Notes: a model not told the origin generated them from the letters alone. Positions 36,788 to 47,807 are shown, counted from the first letter of the stretch. The stretch is 64,000 bases of DNA from an uncultured Nitrospinota bacterium (GCA_964570665.1 CAZMZH010000002.1:365642-429641); one strand, 5' to 3'. Made by a program: numbers and translations.

Positions 36788-38038
36788 TTATTGTGGCTTG
36801 GAGGTTTTACTTGGGTTGGAAAAAGCGTCGTTATATTTTGCGCCAATGGATTTCCAATCGTAATCTTGAATAATTTCAAATGATTTTTTACCCATTGTTT
36901 GCAAACAATCTTTAGAATAAACAGACATCAATGCTTTAGTTAAAGCGGCTACATCTTTAGGTTGGACAATGATTCCATTTATATCGTGTTTAACCATATC
37001 GGAAATACCTCCGACATCGCTTGCGATAATAGGTTTTCCTGCAGCCATGGCTTCCATAACGACTACCGGAGCCCCTTCGGTTTCTCCAAGACTGTCGACG
37101 ATAGAAGGAAGTATAAGCAGATCGGAGTTTTTTAAATAATTTCGAACTTCGGTTTTTGATTTCATTCCAACAAAGCTTATTTTACTCGTTAATTTAAGTC
37201 GATTAGCTTCCTCTTCGCATTCAGGTTTCATGAACCCGTCTCCTACGATTATCAATCGGGCGTCGGTTTCAATATTAGACCAATCCGCGAATGCGCGAAT
37301 TAAATATGGCAAACCTTTCTTTTCGGTGATTTTTCCCACAAAGAGCACATTTTTTTTAGTGGTATCAATATTTAGGTCTTCTGGGGAAATCTTTTCAGAA
37401 GAATCAAAAAATTGAACCGGAACTCCCATAGGTAAAATTTTAGATCGAATTCTCCTATCAGGAGCTAAAGATTCCAAGACCTCTTGATTTTTTTGGCTTA
37501 CCGGCAAAAAAATATCTGTGTTATCGACGATAAAGCGAGTTAAGAGTTTTCCAAAAGGAATTCGGGCTAATAAAAAGACGTCGGCTGCGTGAATGGTGAC
37601 GGCGTGAAAATAGCCGTACCTCTTTTTAAAAAAGGCTGAAATAAGGCCTTGAGGAACTAACCAATGAGAGTTGACTGTCGTTGCTTTAGTCTTTCTGAGG
37701 GTACGCAAAAAAGCGATCGTTCCCCAGAACATTAAAAATGGAACCTGAATTTTGGCTAATAGGCTTTGACGGATATTGGCTAGCATTCCTTTTCCGTTTG
37801 CTAATATTTGCTTAGATTTTGGCCAAAAAAAAGGAAACCGAAAAACAGATATAGATTCCATCGTTTCATGAGTTGCCGCATCTGGGTCATGAGGCGCCAA
37901 GACATGAGTTGAATAAAACTTGCTCATTTCCTGCGCTAGGCAATATACGAAGTCGGCAGGAGTTTTGTCTCCAAGCCATCTAGGAAAGGTTGAAGTGAAT
38001 ATCAAAAGAGTTTCTTTATTTTGATCGCTATCTGGCAT
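36788..38038 (-). CDS. Glycosyltransferase family 4 (GT-B, group 1)
   Basis: 416 aa with the C-terminal E-x7-E type motif (GETEGAPVVVMEAMAAGKPIIASDVGGISDMV). Confidence 0.85.
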   Translation of the reverse strand: MPDSDQNKETLLIFTSTFPRWLGDKTPADFVYCLAQEMSKFYSTHVLAPHDPDAATHETMESISVFRFPFFWPKSKQILANGKGMLANIRQSLLAKIQVPFLMFWGTIAFLRTLRKTKATTVNSHWLVPQGLISAFFKKRYGYFHAVTIHAADVFLLARIPFGKLLTRFIVDNTDIFLPVSQKNQEVLESLAPDRRIRSKILPMGVPVQFFDSSEKISPEDLNIDTTKKNVLFVGKITEKKGLPYLIRAFADWSNIETDARLIIVGDGFMKPECEEEANRLKLTSKISFVGMKSKTEVRNYLKNSDLLILPSIVDSLGETEGAPVVVMEAMAAGKPIIASDVGGISDMVKHDINGIIVQPKDVAALTKALMSVYSKDCLQTMGKKSFEIIQDYDWKSIGAKYNDAFSNPSKTSKPQ

Positions 38039-38090
38039 TCAATTTTTGATGTTGTGGGAGGAAAATAGGTGGAAAAAAGTGAGATTTGAA

Positions 38091-39038
38091 TCAATCTTTT
38101 TTCTCTAGTTCGATTTTTTTTATTCTGAGCTGAATATCTTCTAATAATTGGCGATTAATGGATATCAATTCCGCAGCTATTCCCATCATGAATACTTGAA
38201 AGCCGACAATCAATAAAATTGCAGAAAGTATTAGAGATTGTATGTGTCCGGCGGTTTGCCCCATAAAAAAATAAAATAAATATCTACACCCTATTAGAAA
38301 CCCACTGGCACAAGCAATACCGCCTGCAATAGTAAAAACCCTTAAAGGCTTATACATAGAATAAATTTTTAACATAGTGACTGCAGATCTCATTAAATAG
38401 GTTCTAATGTTGGGAAATAAACGAGATTCTCGCAGTTTTGGATTTGTTTTTACTGGCGCATGCGTGATTGCTAAGTTTTTTCTACCTGCGCTGATAATGG
38501 TTTCTAATGTGTAGGTAAAGTCAGAAACGACATTAATCTGCATCGCGGCTTCTCTAGAATATGCGCGAAATCCGCTGGTTGCGTCAGGAACTTGGGTGCC
38601 GGATATCCAACGTACGACCTTACTACCAAATTTTTGAAGGAATATTTTTTGAGGTGAAAAATGTTTTATAGTTTCTACTTGTCTATCGCCTATTACGATA
38701 TCAGCCCGCTTTTCTAGTATAGGTTTAATAAGATTTGGAATATCTGCTCCATTATATTGATTATCTGCATCGGTGTTTACAATAATATCCGCTCCTAGCC
38801 GAAGGCATTCGTCGATTCCATATTTAAACGCTTTTGCCAACCCCTTATTGCTTGTAAGGCTAATGACATGATCTACGTTATTAGATTTCGCCACTTCGAC
38901 GGTTTTATCGGTACTTCCGTCGTCAATGATCAGAATTTCAATTGAGGTTACTCCTTCAATTTTTTCCGGGAGATCTTTTAAAGTTTCCGGAAGCGTTTTT
39001 TCCTCGTTTAAGCAAGGGATTTGTATTATGAGTTTCAC
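38091..39038 (-). CDS. GT2 polyprenyl-phosphate glycosyltransferase (DPM1/ArnC/GtrB-like) with C-terminal TM helices
   Basis: IQIPCLNEEKTL ... ILIIDDGSTDKT ... NTDADNQY catalytic pattern, plus two C-terminal TM helices. GTG start. Confidence 0.8.
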   Translation of the reverse strand: MKLIIQIPCLNEEKTLPETLKDLPEKIEGVTSIEILIIDDGSTDKTVEVAKSNNVDHVISLTSNKGLAKAFKYGIDECLRLGADIIVNTDADNQYNGADIPNLIKPILEKRADIVIGDRQVETIKHFSPQKIFLQKFGSKVVRWISGTQVPDATSGFRAYSREAAMQINVVSDFTYTLETIISAGRKNLAITHAPVKTNPKLRESRLFPNIRTYLMRSAVTMLKIYSMYKPLRVFTIAGGIACASGFLIGCRYLFYFFMGQTAGHIQSLILSAILLIVGFQVFMMGIAAELISINRQLLEDIQLRIKKIELEKKD

Positions 39039-39242
39039 GCGAAATAGAACCGAGATTCTTGGATGGAAATATTTTTTGTTGATCCGGAGTTGGAAACACC
39101 GGAGTTTGATATGGCCTTTATATTATCATATTGCAGACAAAGGATTTGACATAAATAGAGAGGAAAGTAAAATATTCCAATTAGATTTAAGCTAGGTTTT
39201 TTCTCCCCAATAATCTTCTATTTTTAAATCTGCATTGTCTTA

Positions 39243-40517
39243 ATGACAAAACTCGACGATTTATTTTCCATTTTGAATAAAGTTCTGCAAATCCCATGGA
39301 ATTGGACCTTAGCGATTCTTTTTTTAATGTTTGGAATCGTTACGATAGATCTAGATTCTTTAGAGTGGAGTATCGCAACTATTCTGTTTTATGCTTTACC
39401 GCTGGGTTGCCAGATCTTTAAGAATCCAGTTATTCGATATGGAGCTTTGTGGTTAGGGGTTTTTATGGCTTTGCAAACATTGTTAACTCCTTATGTTCAT
39501 TATCATATTGAATATAGGACTTTGCAGGCAAATATAAATACAGAAACCGAAACCGAAGGGGAAATTCAAAAAATTTCAACTGATGAAATGGGGTTTCGAG
39601 TTTATCCAAAAGTTGATTATAGCGATAAAAAAGGATTTAGGATATTTGCTTTAGGAGGGTCAACTACTGAACAAATCCTCATCGACGATCAAAAAACTTG
39701 GCCGCATTTAGTTCAATTAAAGTTGTCTAATCAATTTGGAAGAAAATTTGAAATTATAAATACAGGCGTTTCGGGAACGCGTGCTAGGAATCATTTTGCC
39801 AAGCTAAAAAAAATTATCCAGTACAGTCCAGACATGGTAATTTTTTTGGTAGGAATCAATGATTGGAATAAGCAAATAACCGATTCCGTAAGGGTTCATA
39901 AAATGGAGCCCTATTTTTTAAAGAAAACATTATTGGCAAAAGCGCTTAAGGCTGCGGATGTTTTTATTGGCGGACCTTTAAAAGAAAAACTGTTTGGTAA
40001 CCAAAATGAAGAAGTTAAAGAGACCAATTTAGAGAGCCAATCAAAGAAAATAGGGGAAGAGAAAAAAAAGGATTCGTTGAATAGGCCGAATAAGTTCTCG
40101 TGGAAACCTAAAGAAGTTTCCGAAGAGTTTAAAAAATATTTGGAAAAAATTCAGGAAACTTGTTTTGAGAAGAAACTTTTTTGCGTATTTTTGACTCAGC
40201 CAAGCGGTTATCAAGAAACTGCTAGCGCTGACTATAAGCGCTTATTTTGGATGACGCCGCCTTTTTCAAATTATACTCTTGATTTTGAATCCATGATTCA
40301 TTTATCAAGTTTGTATAATAATTATATCAAGGAGTTTACAAGCCGAAATGAAATTCCGATTTGCGATATAGCTAAAAACTTGGAAGCTTCACCGGAGGTT
40401 TTTTATGACGATTGTCATTTTACACTCGAAGGCTCTGGGAGGGTAGCCAAACTGGTTTCCCCTTGTTTGGCGAAAATTTTAGAAAATAAAAATTTAATGG
40501 CTAGATCGAATACTTGA
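39243..40517 (+). CDS. Membrane-anchored SGNH/GDSL-type hydrolase (esterase/acyltransferase-like)
   Basis: Three N-terminal TM helices. Block I RIFALGGSTTEQ, block II GVSGTRA, block III GINDW, block V DDCHFT. Confidence 0.7.
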   Translation: MTKLDDLFSILNKVLQIPWNWTLAILFLMFGIVTIDLDSLEWSIATILFYALPLGCQIFKNPVIRYGALWLGVFMALQTLLTPYVHYHIEYRTLQANINTETETEGEIQKISTDEMGFRVYPKVDYSDKKGFRIFALGGSTTEQILIDDQKTWPHLVQLKLSNQFGRKFEIINTGVSGTRARNHFAKLKKIIQYSPDMVIFLVGINDWNKQITDSVRVHKMEPYFLKKTLLAKALKAADVFIGGPLKEKLFGNQNEEVKETNLESQSKKIGEEKKKDSLNRPNKFSWKPKEVSEEFKKYLEKIQETCFEKKLFCVFLTQPSGYQETASADYKRLFWMTPPFSNYTLDFESMIHLSSLYNNYIKEFTSRNEIPICDIAKNLEASPEVFYDDCHFTLEGSGRVAKLVSPCLAKILENKNLMARSNT

Positions 40518-40555
40518 TGAAATATTTAGAAGATTTATATGGATAAGCGAAAAAT

Positions 40556-41245
40556 ATGCAAGACTTGAGTATATCAATTCCTTTTTATAACGAAGAACCG
40601 AATGTTAGACGAGTTTTGGAAGATAGTATTCAAATCTTGACTGCCAATAACGTGGATTTTGAAATTATAGCCATAGATAATGGATCTTCAGACCAGACGG
40701 GTAAAATAATTGCAGAGATGGCAAGGAATAATTCTCGGATCAAGCCTTTACGTGTTGAGGTGAATCAAGGCTATGGGAATGGGATTCTAGCGGGATTGAG
40801 AGCGTCGAAAGGTAGATTTATAGGATATATGGATGGCGATGGGCAAATTGACCCTGAGGCCGTTCTTGGATGTTATAAAGAATTACAAATAAGCGATCAT
40901 TTTGATTTGGCTAAAGGTTTTCCAAGAGGAATTCCCGGAAGTTTTATACGCCGATATATTTCTAAGTTTTACAACGCGTTTATTACTAGCTTATTCCGCA
41001 TAGAAACATTAGGCATTAATTGCAAACCAAAAATTTTTAAAAGGGAATTGTTTGAAAAGCTAAACTTAGAATCAAAAGATTGGTTTATTGACGCAGAAAT
41101 AATGATAAAAGCGACGCGTCTCAATGTGCGTTATATAGATTATCCAATCCAATTTAAGGAAAGGTTAGAAGGAAAGTCGAATGTTCAGATTAAGACAGCC
41201 TTTGAATTTTTATTTAATTTTATACGTTATATATTATTCAAGTAA
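40556..41245 (+). CDS. GT2 glycosyltransferase (DPM1-like, soluble)
   Basis: LSISIPFYNEEPNV ... IIAIDNGSSDQT ... YMDGDGQ pattern, 229 aa. Confidence 0.8.
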   Translation: MQDLSISIPFYNEEPNVRRVLEDSIQILTANNVDFEIIAIDNGSSDQTGKIIAEMARNNSRIKPLRVEVNQGYGNGILAGLRASKGRFIGYMDGDGQIDPEAVLGCYKELQISDHFDLAKGFPRGIPGSFIRRYISKFYNAFITSLFRIETLGINCKPKIFKRELFEKLNLESKDWFIDAEIMIKATRLNVRYIDYPIQFKERLEGKSNVQIKTAFEFLFNFIRYILFK

Positions 41246-41254
41246 CGCCAACTT

Positions 41255-42244
41255 TTAAGAAACTTTCATTTTTCCCAGCCCCAATAAGCTAGATTTTTGG
41301 TTTCGAAATGTTTCTACATAACGACGGTACCATTCGACAGTGATTTTTAGACCTTCCCTAAAAAGAATTTTAGGTTTCCATTTGAGGCGTTCCCAGGCTA
41401 GTTGGTTTTCTGCGCTCATTCTCCAGATCTCAATCGGTCTGTAAGGCAATTCTCCAATTTTCAGGGTTGAATTAGATTCTGATAATTCGTGGATAGCCAG
41501 GGTCAAGTCTTTAATGCTTATTTCTTCCTTACTTCCTAAGTTAGTCATTTTCCCTATAGTTTCTTTGGATTCCGCAGCCATGACCAAACCCTCAATAATG
41601 TTTGAAACAAAGTTGAACTCGCGAGTTTGCTTACCTTCGGTTGTAACAATGTCTTTGCCCAATAAGCAATTCATAATAAGCTCAGGAATAACCGCTTTTT
41701 CGCTTTGGTAGGGACCAAAAGTATTAAATGGCCTTAACACCGTTATAGGCAATCCAGTGACTTCGTATTTCATTTTGCAATATAGTTCGCCTGTATATTT
41801 TCCAACAGCATAAGGAGAAATGGGTTGAGGTAAAAACTCCTCTCGAAATGGAACTGAATCTTGCTTTCCATAGACTTCCGAAGATGAAGTATAAACAAAT
41901 CGTTTATAATCTTTACAGCTTTCTAATAAATTAGCTGTTCCTTTACCATTTGTATCCAAGTTTTCGTTGATGTGTCTGAAGCTATCCCCAACATGGTTGT
42001 ATGCGGCTAAGTGAAAAATTTTATCAAAACGATTTTCCCGGATAGCTCCTAAAGAGTCTAAATTTCGTATATCGCCTTCGATAAAATTAATTTTATCCCA
42101 GATATCTAAAAGCCGGACGTTTTCGACTTGGCTCAAATACTTTGTTAATACAAAAACTTCAGCGTCCAACTCGACACATTTTCTAGTCAAATGGGAACCA
42201 ATAAAACCGCTTGCTCCCGTAATAAGTATTTTTTCTTTTTTCAT
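41255..42244 (-). CDS. NAD-dependent sugar-nucleotide epimerase/dehydratase (extended SDR)
   Basis: ILITGASGFIGSHL Rossmann motif and YAVGK (YxxxK) catalytic motif, 329 aa. Confidence 0.85.
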   Translation of the reverse strand: MKKEKILITGASGFIGSHLTRKCVELDAEVFVLTKYLSQVENVRLLDIWDKINFIEGDIRNLDSLGAIRENRFDKIFHLAAYNHVGDSFRHINENLDTNGKGTANLLESCKDYKRFVYTSSSEVYGKQDSVPFREEFLPQPISPYAVGKYTGELYCKMKYEVTGLPITVLRPFNTFGPYQSEKAVIPELIMNCLLGKDIVTTEGKQTREFNFVSNIIEGLVMAAESKETIGKMTNLGSKEEISIKDLTLAIHELSESNSTLKIGELPYRPIEIWRMSAENQLAWERLKWKPKILFREGLKITVEWYRRYVETFRNQKSSLLGLGKMKVS

Positions 42245-42951
42245 TATTCTTTAACTGTATAAAAATCTAGAATTAATTTTTCGGCGCGTTCTAACTCGTG
42301 GTCTGTGTTGAAGGTAATTTTAGGACCGTCGTGTTTATACCCCGAAAGGTTTTTTTCTTCGATTAGGAGTTTAAATAAGGACACCAGCCCGACAGGGTCT
42401 TGAAGCATTTCAGGGGTGATTTTACTAAATATTTCTTTTTCGAGAATAGCATAACCCACATAATAATCAAGGACAGGCTTTTCTTCAAATGAAGCCAAAA
42501 GGTTCCCGTTTCCAGACCAATCCACGAGACCAAAGGGAGATACGAATGGAGCCGTCAAGATAGTAGCTGCTGTACTATATTGTTCGTGTGTTTTAAAAAA
42601 TTCTTCGAAATTAATATCTGCAATAGTATCGCCATAGGATAGTAAAATGCGGTCATCAAATAGATTTTTTAAATCGTAGATTCTTTGAAGGGGGGTTGCA
42701 TCTGCGCCTGAATCCACATAATGGATATTGAATTGTTTTTTAGTTTTGAAATAGTCGACTATTTTTTGTCCTAAATGTCCAATGCATAGATAAAAATCGT
42801 TGAATCCTTTTTGGACGTACAATTCCAAAAGTCTTTCGATAATGGGTTTTCCAGAAAGTTCAATTAGAGGTTTAGGAATTTGTTCCGTAAGAGGGCGTAG
42901 TCGGACCCCTTTACCTCCGCAAAGTATAGCTACTTTAGATAGTTTTTCCAT
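42244..42951 (-). CDS. Sugar-phosphate nucleotidyltransferase (NTP_transferase family)
   Basis: VAILCGGKGVRLRPLTEQIPKPL N-terminal signature, 235 aa. TAATG overlap with the downstream epimerase gene. Confidence 0.8.
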   Translation of the reverse strand: MEKLSKVAILCGGKGVRLRPLTEQIPKPLIELSGKPIIERLLELYVQKGFNDFYLCIGHLGQKIVDYFKTKKQFNIHYVDSGADATPLQRIYDLKNLFDDRILLSYGDTIADINFEEFFKTHEQYSTAATILTAPFVSPFGLVDWSGNGNLLASFEEKPVLDYYVGYAILEKEIFSKITPEMLQDPVGLVSLFKLLIEEKNLSGYKHDGPKITFNTDHELERAEKLILDFYTVKE

Positions 42952-42969
42952 TATTAGTCCATGACTCTT

Positions 42970-44679
42970 TTACATTTTTGGAGAATTACTTTTATTTTTT
43001 TCTAAATACTCATAAATAACAGTTTTTGGACTAGGAGGTTGGCAACTTATGAAGTAATGATTTTGAATGTTATAGGAATTTTCAAAACCTGAATTGCAAC
43101 TGGTTAAAGTAATTTTTTTATAAGTGTGTGTTTTTAAATAGTTGTTAACATAATCGGTCATTTGTATTCTTTCCTCTTTTGTACTTTGTCTCCCTCTAAT
43201 AGAGAATAGTCTATCACGCCTCGGAATGATCCATTTTGGAGGAGACTTAAACGGAAAAACATTTCCCCATTCCATGCCAGTATAATAGCTTAAAGAATCT
43301 CCTTCATGTGCAATCACAAACGTATCTTTTGGGTCGCCATGTTTTTTTAAATAGATAGCGATTTCTTTTAAGGCCCCATTATAATCTCCGCTTAACTCTT
43401 TAGCGTAGTTCGACAATAGATAATAGGCCTTATTGGTACCTCGGATACTTCTATCCCACCGATTTAATAATCCTGAAGATAAGATTTTTAAATTTAATTT
43501 TTCAGCGACACTTTTTCGGAAAATGATCTGATCATAAAGAAACCATGGCGCAATATGAAGCCAATTTGTAAATAATAATATCGCCGTCGTAGAACCCGCT
43601 AAAAAGTAATTTATTTTTGACAGTTGGTAGACTATTTCCGCTAATAGAATCGCCCAAATTGCAACTGTTCCTAAAATATAGTTGAACAAGGGAATAGTGT
43701 GTAGAGTTGCCACTAATATAGAACAACCGATGCATAAGCAAAATAAAGTTTTAAATTTATCCCAATTCAATTCGAAACGAGAGTTATATTTTTTTAATAA
43801 CCATGCAGTTATTATCAAAATAAAAGGGAAAATATAGGAATTAATTTGGCCTAGGTATCCAACGGTAAATTCAATAATTGTCCCAGTATTCTTTTCATAA
43901 TCCTTATTGAAATAATTGGAATAAAACTCTTTAACTTTTTTTCGAACCGGAAGAAAGTATTTTATGAACCAAGGTAGCGTTAGGCCTGCAATAATACAGT
44001 AGGATAAAATGAGCTTTTTATAAAAATTTTTATTTCGAATTGTAATGACGCTAAACAAAGTGAGTCCTGCAAACAATCCAAAAAACTGGGAATACATGGA
44101 ATAAAAAAGGAGAACTGAACTTATACAGAAAAGATATATGTGCTCTTCATTGTTTTTCCAAAGTTGGATAAAAAAAATAATCGTTAAAATTCCGAGTAAA
44201 ATTGAAGGTCCAAAGTATCGAGAGGTTCTCATGTATAGGATATATGGAACCGAAAATGTAAAAAATATTGCAGATAGTCGAGATATTTGAATATTTTTAT
44301 GTATGAGATAGGAGAGGTGGTATATGGCAAATATACTCAATAGGCCACACATGGCAGAAGGAAAAACGCCGCCAAAAGTCGTTTGACCAAACACTGCAAT
44401 GGAGCCAGCAATTAGATACATACCTAGCCATGGATGGTAACCCCAAACCCCGTCAACGGCAAACCGGTTATCAAAAAAAGGAGGCGTATCTCCTAATATA
44501 TAAGGGACCCCATATTCTAAGATATGGATAGCGTGAATTAAATAATCGCCTTGGTCTAATCCAAGATAATAATTATCTAAATTAAAAAAGTATAGGAAGG
44601 CTCCGATAAAAGTGAGAGCGCTTAAGAAATACTTATCTTCAAAAATTTTTTTCATAAATAAGAAATTAAAACAAGTCAT
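42970..44679 (-). CDS. Polytopic membrane protein, putative second GT-C-type (ArnT/PMT-like) glycosyltransferase
   Basis: 569 aa with ~11 TM helices, an acidic early loop (LGLDQGDYL) and a soluble C-terminal ~170 aa. ATGA overlap with the upstream epimerase gene. Family call is by architecture and context only. Confidence 0.45.
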   Translation of the reverse strand: MTCFNFLFMKKIFEDKYFLSALTFIGAFLYFFNLDNYYLGLDQGDYLIHAIHILEYGVPYILGDTPPFFDNRFAVDGVWGYHPWLGMYLIAGSIAVFGQTTFGGVFPSAMCGLLSIFAIYHLSYLIHKNIQISRLSAIFFTFSVPYILYMRTSRYFGPSILLGILTIIFFIQLWKNNEEHIYLFCISSVLLFYSMYSQFFGLFAGLTLFSVITIRNKNFYKKLILSYCIIAGLTLPWFIKYFLPVRKKVKEFYSNYFNKDYEKNTGTIIEFTVGYLGQINSYIFPFILIITAWLLKKYNSRFELNWDKFKTLFCLCIGCSILVATLHTIPLFNYILGTVAIWAILLAEIVYQLSKINYFLAGSTTAILLFTNWLHIAPWFLYDQIIFRKSVAEKLNLKILSSGLLNRWDRSIRGTNKAYYLLSNYAKELSGDYNGALKEIAIYLKKHGDPKDTFVIAHEGDSLSYYTGMEWGNVFPFKSPPKWIIPRRDRLFSIRGRQSTKEERIQMTDYVNNYLKTHTYKKITLTSCNSGFENSYNIQNHYFISCQPPSPKTVIYEYLEKNKSNSPKM

Positions 44680-45611
44680 AAATCCAAATTTTGGATCATG
44701 TCTTTAATTCCTTGTTTAAGATTAAAGGAAGGGGACCAATTTAGAAGGCGTTTGATTTTTGTTGGATCGCCTAAATTTCTCAAAATTTCATTTTTCGGAA
44801 CTTCTTTTCCGGAAAACTCAATTTCAATGGGATTTTTTAATTGATTAACAAACTCTAAGGCAAAATTTCTTAAGGAAGTTTCCGTGCCGGTACAAATATT
44901 AAATATTTCTCCTACAGCGGCTTTCTTAGTTGATAACTTTACAATGGCTTCAATTACATCGTCAATGTAAATAAAATCGCGAGTTTGTCCGCCATGAGTC
45001 ATTTGGAACGTTTTACATTGTTTAGCCGCATTAATTAAGTCTGCAACAAAACTTAACGAACATTGGGCTCCATAAACGGAAAATAATTTCGTGGAGACAA
45101 TTGGAAAATTGTACGTATCTGACAACAAGGAACCTTGCATGGAAGCGCAAGCTTTGGAATAAGCGTAAGGGGTGTTAGGCTTTAAAGTAGATTCTTCTGA
45201 GTAGGGTACGTTTCCATTTCCATATTCCCCAGCAGTGCCAAATTGCATGAAACAATCGCAGTTTCCATCTTTTAACGATTCGATAAGATTTAAAGTTCCC
45301 GTTACATTAGTTTCGTAAGTTGATTTTAAGGCTGAAAGGTCGCGAGTTCTTGAAATAATACCGGCTAAATGAAAAACTTTACGAGGCTTTACTTTATCGA
45401 AGGTTTCCTTAATTTGTTTGGTGTTTAAGATGTCTAAAGGAAAGACTTTTACCTGCTTTAAAACTTCTGGATTTAAATAGTTATTTTTTTCTGGATTTCT
45501 TAATCCAATTGAAACGTCAGCCTTGAGTTCAATTAACTTTTTAGTGAGTTGAGAGCCAATGACTCCACCTGCGCCTGTAATAAAAATCGGAATATTTTTT
45601 AGGCTAGACAT
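44676..45611 (-). CDS. NAD-dependent epimerase/dehydratase (extended SDR)
   Basis: IFITGAGGVIGSQL and YAYSK (YxxxK), 311 aa. Confidence 0.85.
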   Translation of the reverse strand: MSSLKNIPIFITGAGGVIGSQLTKKLIELKADVSIGLRNPEKNNYLNPEVLKQVKVFPLDILNTKQIKETFDKVKPRKVFHLAGIISRTRDLSALKSTYETNVTGTLNLIESLKDGNCDCFMQFGTAGEYGNGNVPYSEESTLKPNTPYAYSKACASMQGSLLSDTYNFPIVSTKLFSVYGAQCSLSFVADLINAAKQCKTFQMTHGGQTRDFIYIDDVIEAIVKLSTKKAAVGEIFNICTGTETSLRNFALEFVNQLKNPIEIEFSGKEVPKNEILRNLGDPTKIKRLLNWSPSFNLKQGIKDMIQNLDL

Positions 45612-45667
45612 TCTGCCTTTATATTGAATATGTAGTAAGGAGTGGCGTTATAAGACAATGGATTTGA

Positions 45668-45886
45668 TCAATTAATTCTTCGAATTGGGATCTCTTTTTT
45701 TAGATTTTCTATCAGTTCGTTGACGTCATCAATATAATCCGGAGAAATTAGCAGCTCAATTAGGCCTCGGCCCTGGTCAAGAGTTCTTACCACAGCTAAA
45801 TGATCGTAAGCTTCTACCACAGAAACTATGTACGCTATATCTTTTTTATCAACTTCGTATTGGTAGTTTAAAGAATCGCAGTGCAT
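45668..45886 (-). CDS. Small conserved protein, DUF4911-like
   Basis: 72 aa (IAYIVSVVEAYDHLAVVRTLDQGRGLIELLISPDY) resembles the DUF4911 family as I recall it. Not verified by search. Confidence 0.45.
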   Translation of the reverse strand: MHCDSLNYQYEVDKKDIAYIVSVVEAYDHLAVVRTLDQGRGLIELLISPDYIDDVNELIENLKKEIPIRRIN

Positions 45887-45896
45887 TCGAAATAAT

Positions 45897-47807
45897 TTAA
45901 GTTTTTACGGACAAAGCGGGAAGATCTAGTTTTTTGTTTTGCGGTGTTCTTACTTTATTTTGCCTTTGTAACTCTATCATTAAAATATTAATGGCCGAAG
46001 GGGTTACGCCAGAAATTCTCAAAGCTTGACCTAAAGTGAGAGGACGAATTTCTTTTAATTTTTGCGCTTCTTCAATAGAAAGACTGCTTACCAAATCAAA
46101 GTCAAAATCCTGGGGAATAGAATAATTTTCCAGTTGCTTTTGTTTAACTACCATTTGATTTTGACGACTAATAAAACCTTGATATTTTATTTGGATTTCG
46201 ACTTGCTCGCCAGCTACCGAATCTAATGAAGAGCCATTAAAAGTTTTAATTAGGTTTTCATAAGTAATATCTGGACGCTTTAGTAGTCCACCTAAAGTTG
46301 TGGGGGAACGTAATTCGTTAATCCCCAATTGGGATAACCTGTTTAAAGTTTCTTTATTTGGGACAATGGTTATAGAAGTTAATCTTTTAATTTCCTTTTC
46401 AACGGAAGATTTTTTTTCTATAAGCTTTTCATAATTGCTTTGATCGATCAAACCCAAGTGATATCCTTTTTCTGTAAGTCTTAAATCGGCGTTATCTTGT
46501 CTTAAAAGCAATCGGTATTCTGCTCTAGAAGTGAACATCCGGTAAGGTTCGCGCGTTCCTTTTGTAATCAAGTCATCGATCAAAACCCCCACATAGGCGT
46601 CCATTCGAGACAAAATGAATTCGGGCATTCTTTTCACATAACAACCTGCGTTTATACCCGCGATCAGTCCTTGTCCTGCGGCTTCTTCATACCCCGAAGT
46701 GCCGTTTATTTGTCCGGCAAGGAATAATCCTTTTACTTTTTTAGTTTCAAGAGTTGCTTTCAATTGAGTTGGTGGAACAAAATCGTATTCAACAGCATAA
46801 CCAGGTCGAACGATTTCTGCGTTTTCTAATCCTGGTATAGTATGGACGTATTGGCGTTGAATTTCTTCGGGAAGACTAGTAGATATACCATTTGGATAAA
46901 CCCAATCCGTATCAAGACCCTCAGGTTCCAGAAATATTTGATGCGATTTTTTTTCTGGAAATTTGACTATTTTATCTTCTATAGAGGGGCAGTAACGAGG
47001 ACCTACTCCTTGAATCTCGCCGCTATAAAGAGGCGATAAATGTATGTTATTTTTTATGACTTCCGCAGTTTGCGAGTTGGTATGCGTTATATAGCATGGA
47101 ACCTGTTGTCGATTAATAAAAGGTGTAGAAAATGAAAATGGTTTTGGAACCGTATCCCCATTTTGTATTTCGCATTTATCGAAATCTATAGAGCTAGCCA
47201 AAATTCTTGGTGGGGTGCCAGTTTTTAATCGGGCTAGATTAAATCCACAGGCTAAAAAAGATTCTGAAAGTTTTGAAGATGGTTTTTCGCCAAATCGACC
47301 GCCGCCGATTTTTTTATTTCCAATATGCATCAAACCATTCAAAAAGGTTCCTGTTGTGATGACTAAAGCTTTGCAACGATATTCTGAACCTTCCGAAGTC
47401 CGTAAACCTTTCAAAATTCCATTTTCGATCAAAAGTTCTTCAGCTTGCTCTTGAGCAATGCGTAAACCAGGTTGATTTTCTAGAACTCGGCGCATTTCTT
47501 GGCGATAGAGTTTTTTATCCGCTTGGGCTCTAGGGCCTTGTACAGCGGGCCCCTTAGAAGAATTCAACATCCTATATTGAATTCCTGTTTTATCTATACA
47601 TTTGGCCATTTCGCCGCCAAGGGCATCGATTTCCCTTACCATATGCCCTTTCCCAACCCCTCCAATTGCGGGGTTGCATGGCATAAGAGCAATTTTTTCC
47701 AAATCGAGCGTTAAAACCAAGGTGGAGCAGCCCATTCTTGCGGCTGCAAGAGCCGACTCGCAGCCAGCATGGCCTGCGCCAATCACAATGACGTCGTAAT
47801 CATTCAT
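45897..47807 (-). CDS. mnmG: tRNA uridine 5-carboxymethylaminomethyl modification enzyme MnmG (GidA)
   Basis: [26 protein letters not shown] motif, [42 protein letters not shown] at 47807; the track begins at an upstream TTG. Confidence 0.95.
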   Translation of the reverse strand: MNDYDVIVIGAGHAGCESALAAARMGCSTLVLTLDLEKIALMPCNPAIGGVGKGHMVREIDALGGEMAKCIDKTGIQYRMLNSSKGPAVQGPRAQADKKLYRQEMRRVLENQPGLRIAQEQAEELLIENGILKGLRTSEGSEYRCKALVITTGTFLNGLMHIGNKKIGGGRFGEKPSSKLSESFLACGFNLARLKTGTPPRILASSIDFDKCEIQNGDTVPKPFSFSTPFINRQQVPCYITHTNSQTAEVIKNNIHLSPLYSGEIQGVGPRYCPSIEDKIVKFPEKKSHQIFLEPEGLDTDWVYPNGISTSLPEEIQRQYVHTIPGLENAEIVRPGYAVEYDFVPPTQLKATLETKKVKGLFLAGQINGTSGYEEAAGQGLIAGINAGCYVKRMPEFILSRMDAYVGVLIDDLITKGTREPYRMFTSRAEYRLLLRQDNADLRLTEKGYHLGLIDQSNYEKLIEKKSSVEKEIKRLTSITIVPNKETLNRLSQLGINELRSPTTLGGLLKRPDITYENLIKTFNGSSLDSVAGEQVEIQIKYQGFISRQNQMVVKQKQLENYSIPQDFDFDLVSSLSIEEAQKLKEIRPLTLGQALRISGVTPSAINILMIELQRQNKVRTPQNKKLDLPALSVKT

